Shown here: positions 43,152-44,760 of the stretch, in pieces
Layout of the letters: each line of letters opens with the position of its first letter
How positions within the stretch are numbered: position 1 is the first letter of the stretch
Assembly: GCA_023257855.1 (NCBI GenBank)
Contig: JALRBG010000321.1
Span: forward strand, 1-44,760
DNA from: Pseudomonadales bacterium
GTDB lineage: Bacteria; Pseudomonadota; Gammaproteobacteria; Pseudomonadales; Pseudohongiellaceae
Length of the DNA stretch: 44,760 bases
Reading direction: 5' to 3'
Notes under the pieces: model-generated
What the model was told of the DNA's origin: nothing
Database searches by the model: none
What the model saw: the letters and a program-made list of their open reading frames with translations, nothing else
Translations under genes and position numbers: made by a program

Positions 43152-43551
43152 TGGCGCTTTCCTCGCGGCTGGAACCGGCAAACAGACGCCTGCCGCTGTC
43201 GGCCAGGGTGACCGTATTGGCGTTGACCAGGTTGCTGCCGTCCCGGGCCAGGCTGCCTTCCACTTCGAGAATATCGCCCACGCTGACCGAGTTGCGCGTC
43301 CAACCGTTGCGTTCCATAGCAATGGGCGAGCCCATTTCGAAAGCCCATTCCACGTAGTCACCATCCTCGGTTTCCACTTCCAGGAAGAAGTACACATGCG
43401 GATTGCGCCAGTCCATCTTGATCAGGTAGCCGGTGAGGGTTACGGGCCTGTCGGCGTCGTACTGGGCTGTAAAGGAATGGTGGCTTGAGGCCACCGGTGT
43501 GATGAAGGCCGCTGATACCAGCAATAACCTTGTAAACAAGCGTAGTGACAT
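43144..43551 (-). CDS. S-family small secreted protein, copy S3 (predicted mature N-terminus HHS)
   Basis: Start moved to 43551 (MSLRLFTRLLLVSAAFITPVASS|HHSFTAQY, RBS GGGGGA). Contains RNPHVYFFL, MERNGW and GDILEVEG. Confidence 0.8.
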   Translation of the reverse strand: MSLRLFTRLLLVSAAFITPVASSHHSFTAQYDADRPVTLTGYLIKMDWRNPHVYFFLEVETEDGDYVEWAFEMGSPIAMERNGWTRNSVSVGDILEVEGSLARDGSNLVNANTVTLADSGRRLFAGSSREESASD

Positions 43552-43633
43552 GGTTTCCCCCTGGGTAACTTCCCCGGAAAGCGTATGCCGGTTATGCAAA
43601 AAAGTCCATTCACCTGGTCAGGCAAACGGGGAT

Positions 43634-44713
43634 TTATGCCACGGGTATATAGTAGGCCGTGCCTGCCATCAGCAGCCGGGCCGTGCGCATGATGGCAACA
43701 CTCTTCGGCGCCGGATCGGCAGGATCGTCACTGAGCTCCACTTCCACGGCCAGCGCGCCGGTGGGATGCTCGACGTGGCAGAGCTTGCGCTCCCCCGCCG
43801 GTATCGTGGCAAGGTCATGGCCTACGGCCCCTGGCGTGGTGGCGGCCACGGCCACACTGGCGGCCGCAAGTACGCCTACCGCATCGTGCACACGGTGGGG
43901 GATGAAACTGCGGGTGTTGATGAGGCCGCCGTTTTGCGCCGGCGACACGATGGTCATTTTCGGAACGGTTTTATCCTTCACATCACCCAGGTTCATCATG
44001 GGACCCACCTTCAGGCGGATGGCTTCGACACGTTCTTTCAACGCCGTATTGCCTTCCAGCGCCTCGATGCTTTCATCGCCTTTCAGACCCAGGTCGGGTG
44101 CAGAGATCATTACCACGGGCATGCCGTTGTCGACCAGCGTGACCGGTATGCCATCGACTTCGTCAACCACATTGCCGGAGGGAAACAGCGCACCGCAACT
44201 GGAGCCGGCCACGCCGACGAATTCGATCATGATGGGCGCATGGGTGCCGGGAACGCCATCGATGGCGGCATCACCGTCATACTGCACTTGCTTGCCCGGC
44301 GTCAGGATGCGCTGGCGGGCGATGCTGTCGGTATTTTCCATGTAGACGGTAACGATGGTTTCACCGTCATTGGCTTCCACCAGCCCGTTCTCGATGGCGA
44401 AGGGACCAACACCAGCAAGGATGTTGCCGCAGTTCTGAGCCGTTGACGTGCGCGCCTCGTCCACGACGACCTGCACGAAGAGATAATCGACGTCTATGCC
44501 TTCGCGCGCCGATTTCTTGATGATGGCGACCTTGCTGGTCAGCGGATGGGCGCCGCCGACACCGTCGATCTGGCGAGAATCGGGCGAGCCCATGACACGC
44601 AGCAGGACTTCCTCACGGGCAGCCGGATCTGCGGGCAGGTCGCTGTCCAGGTAATAGGTGCCCTTGGAGGTGCCGCCGCGCATCAACATGCATGGAATGG
44701 CTTTCTGCATCAT
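43634..44713 (-). CDS. PrpF-family isomerase, 4-oxalomesaconate tautomerase (GalD)-like
   Basis: 359 aa. The N-terminus IPCMLMRGGTSKGTYYLDSDLP and the SKVAII...NCGN block are characteristic of PrpF/GalD proteins. The ORF 43433..44446 (+) is an antisense shadow. Confidence 0.8.
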   Translation of the reverse strand: MMQKAIPCMLMRGGTSKGTYYLDSDLPADPAAREEVLLRVMGSPDSRQIDGVGGAHPLTSKVAIIKKSAREGIDVDYLFVQVVVDEARTSTAQNCGNILAGVGPFAIENGLVEANDGETIVTVYMENTDSIARQRILTPGKQVQYDGDAAIDGVPGTHAPIMIEFVGVAGSSCGALFPSGNVVDEVDGIPVTLVDNGMPVVMISAPDLGLKGDESIEALEGNTALKERVEAIRLKVGPMMNLGDVKDKTVPKMTIVSPAQNGGLINTRSFIPHRVHDAVGVLAAASVAVAATTPGAVGHDLATIPAGERKLCHVEHPTGALAVEVELSDDPADPAPKSVAIMRTARLLMAGTAYYIPVA

Positions 44714-44760
44714 TTTCCCCTCATCACTGCAATGACGTCCGGCATTATCGGGGTTTGCCA

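Noticed and set aside
1-44760. Search by eye for CRISPR arrays, tRNA/rRNA genes, IS elements, integrases, phage genes and pqqABCDE.
   Set aside because: None found. There are no regularly spaced direct repeats longer than about 12 bp, no transposase- or integrase-like translations, and no PqqA-like small ORF. The S/L paralogy exists at protein level only, not as DNA repeats.

Overview
GC-rich (by eye, not computed) proteobacterial chromosome segment with about 45 genes. I saw no rRNA, tRNA, CRISPR array, transposase or integrase. Housekeeping genes are few: purK-purE at the left edge and glcB (malate synthase G) in the middle. The rest is a dense, accessory-looking block of mostly exported redox and catabolic proteins. 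It holds three PQQ quinoproteins in three different haem arrangements: C-terminal haem fusion (2672-4861), N-terminal haem fusion (20967-23021), and unfused with an adjacent dihaem lipoprotein cytochrome c (38785-41384). Also present are a YVTN beta-propeller, a 721-aa haem-plus-propeller protein, two dienelactone hydrolases, an intradiol dioxygenase cluster with a TetR regulator, a PrpF/GalD-like isomerase, a VOC protein, an amidohydrolase, a PAPS-type sulfotransferase, and Gfo/Idh/MocA plus xylose-isomerase-like TIM-barrel genes with a NupG-like MFS transporter. The most striking signal is a translationally coupled two-gene cassette encoding two uncharacterised secreted proteins. The small 'S' protein (about 135 aa) has a predicted mature N-terminus His-His-Ser and an invariant NPH motif. 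The large 'L' protein (about 265-350 aa) carries a GHWEGDTLVV block and two conserved Cys. The cassette occurs three times (24671-25892, 30073-31480, 42360-43551), with a fourth orphan L gene (27753-28814). Each copy sits next to a different catabolic enzyme. I propose this as a candidate undescribed periplasmic, possibly metal-dependent, accessory system. All family calls come from reading the translations by eye; no database search was possible.
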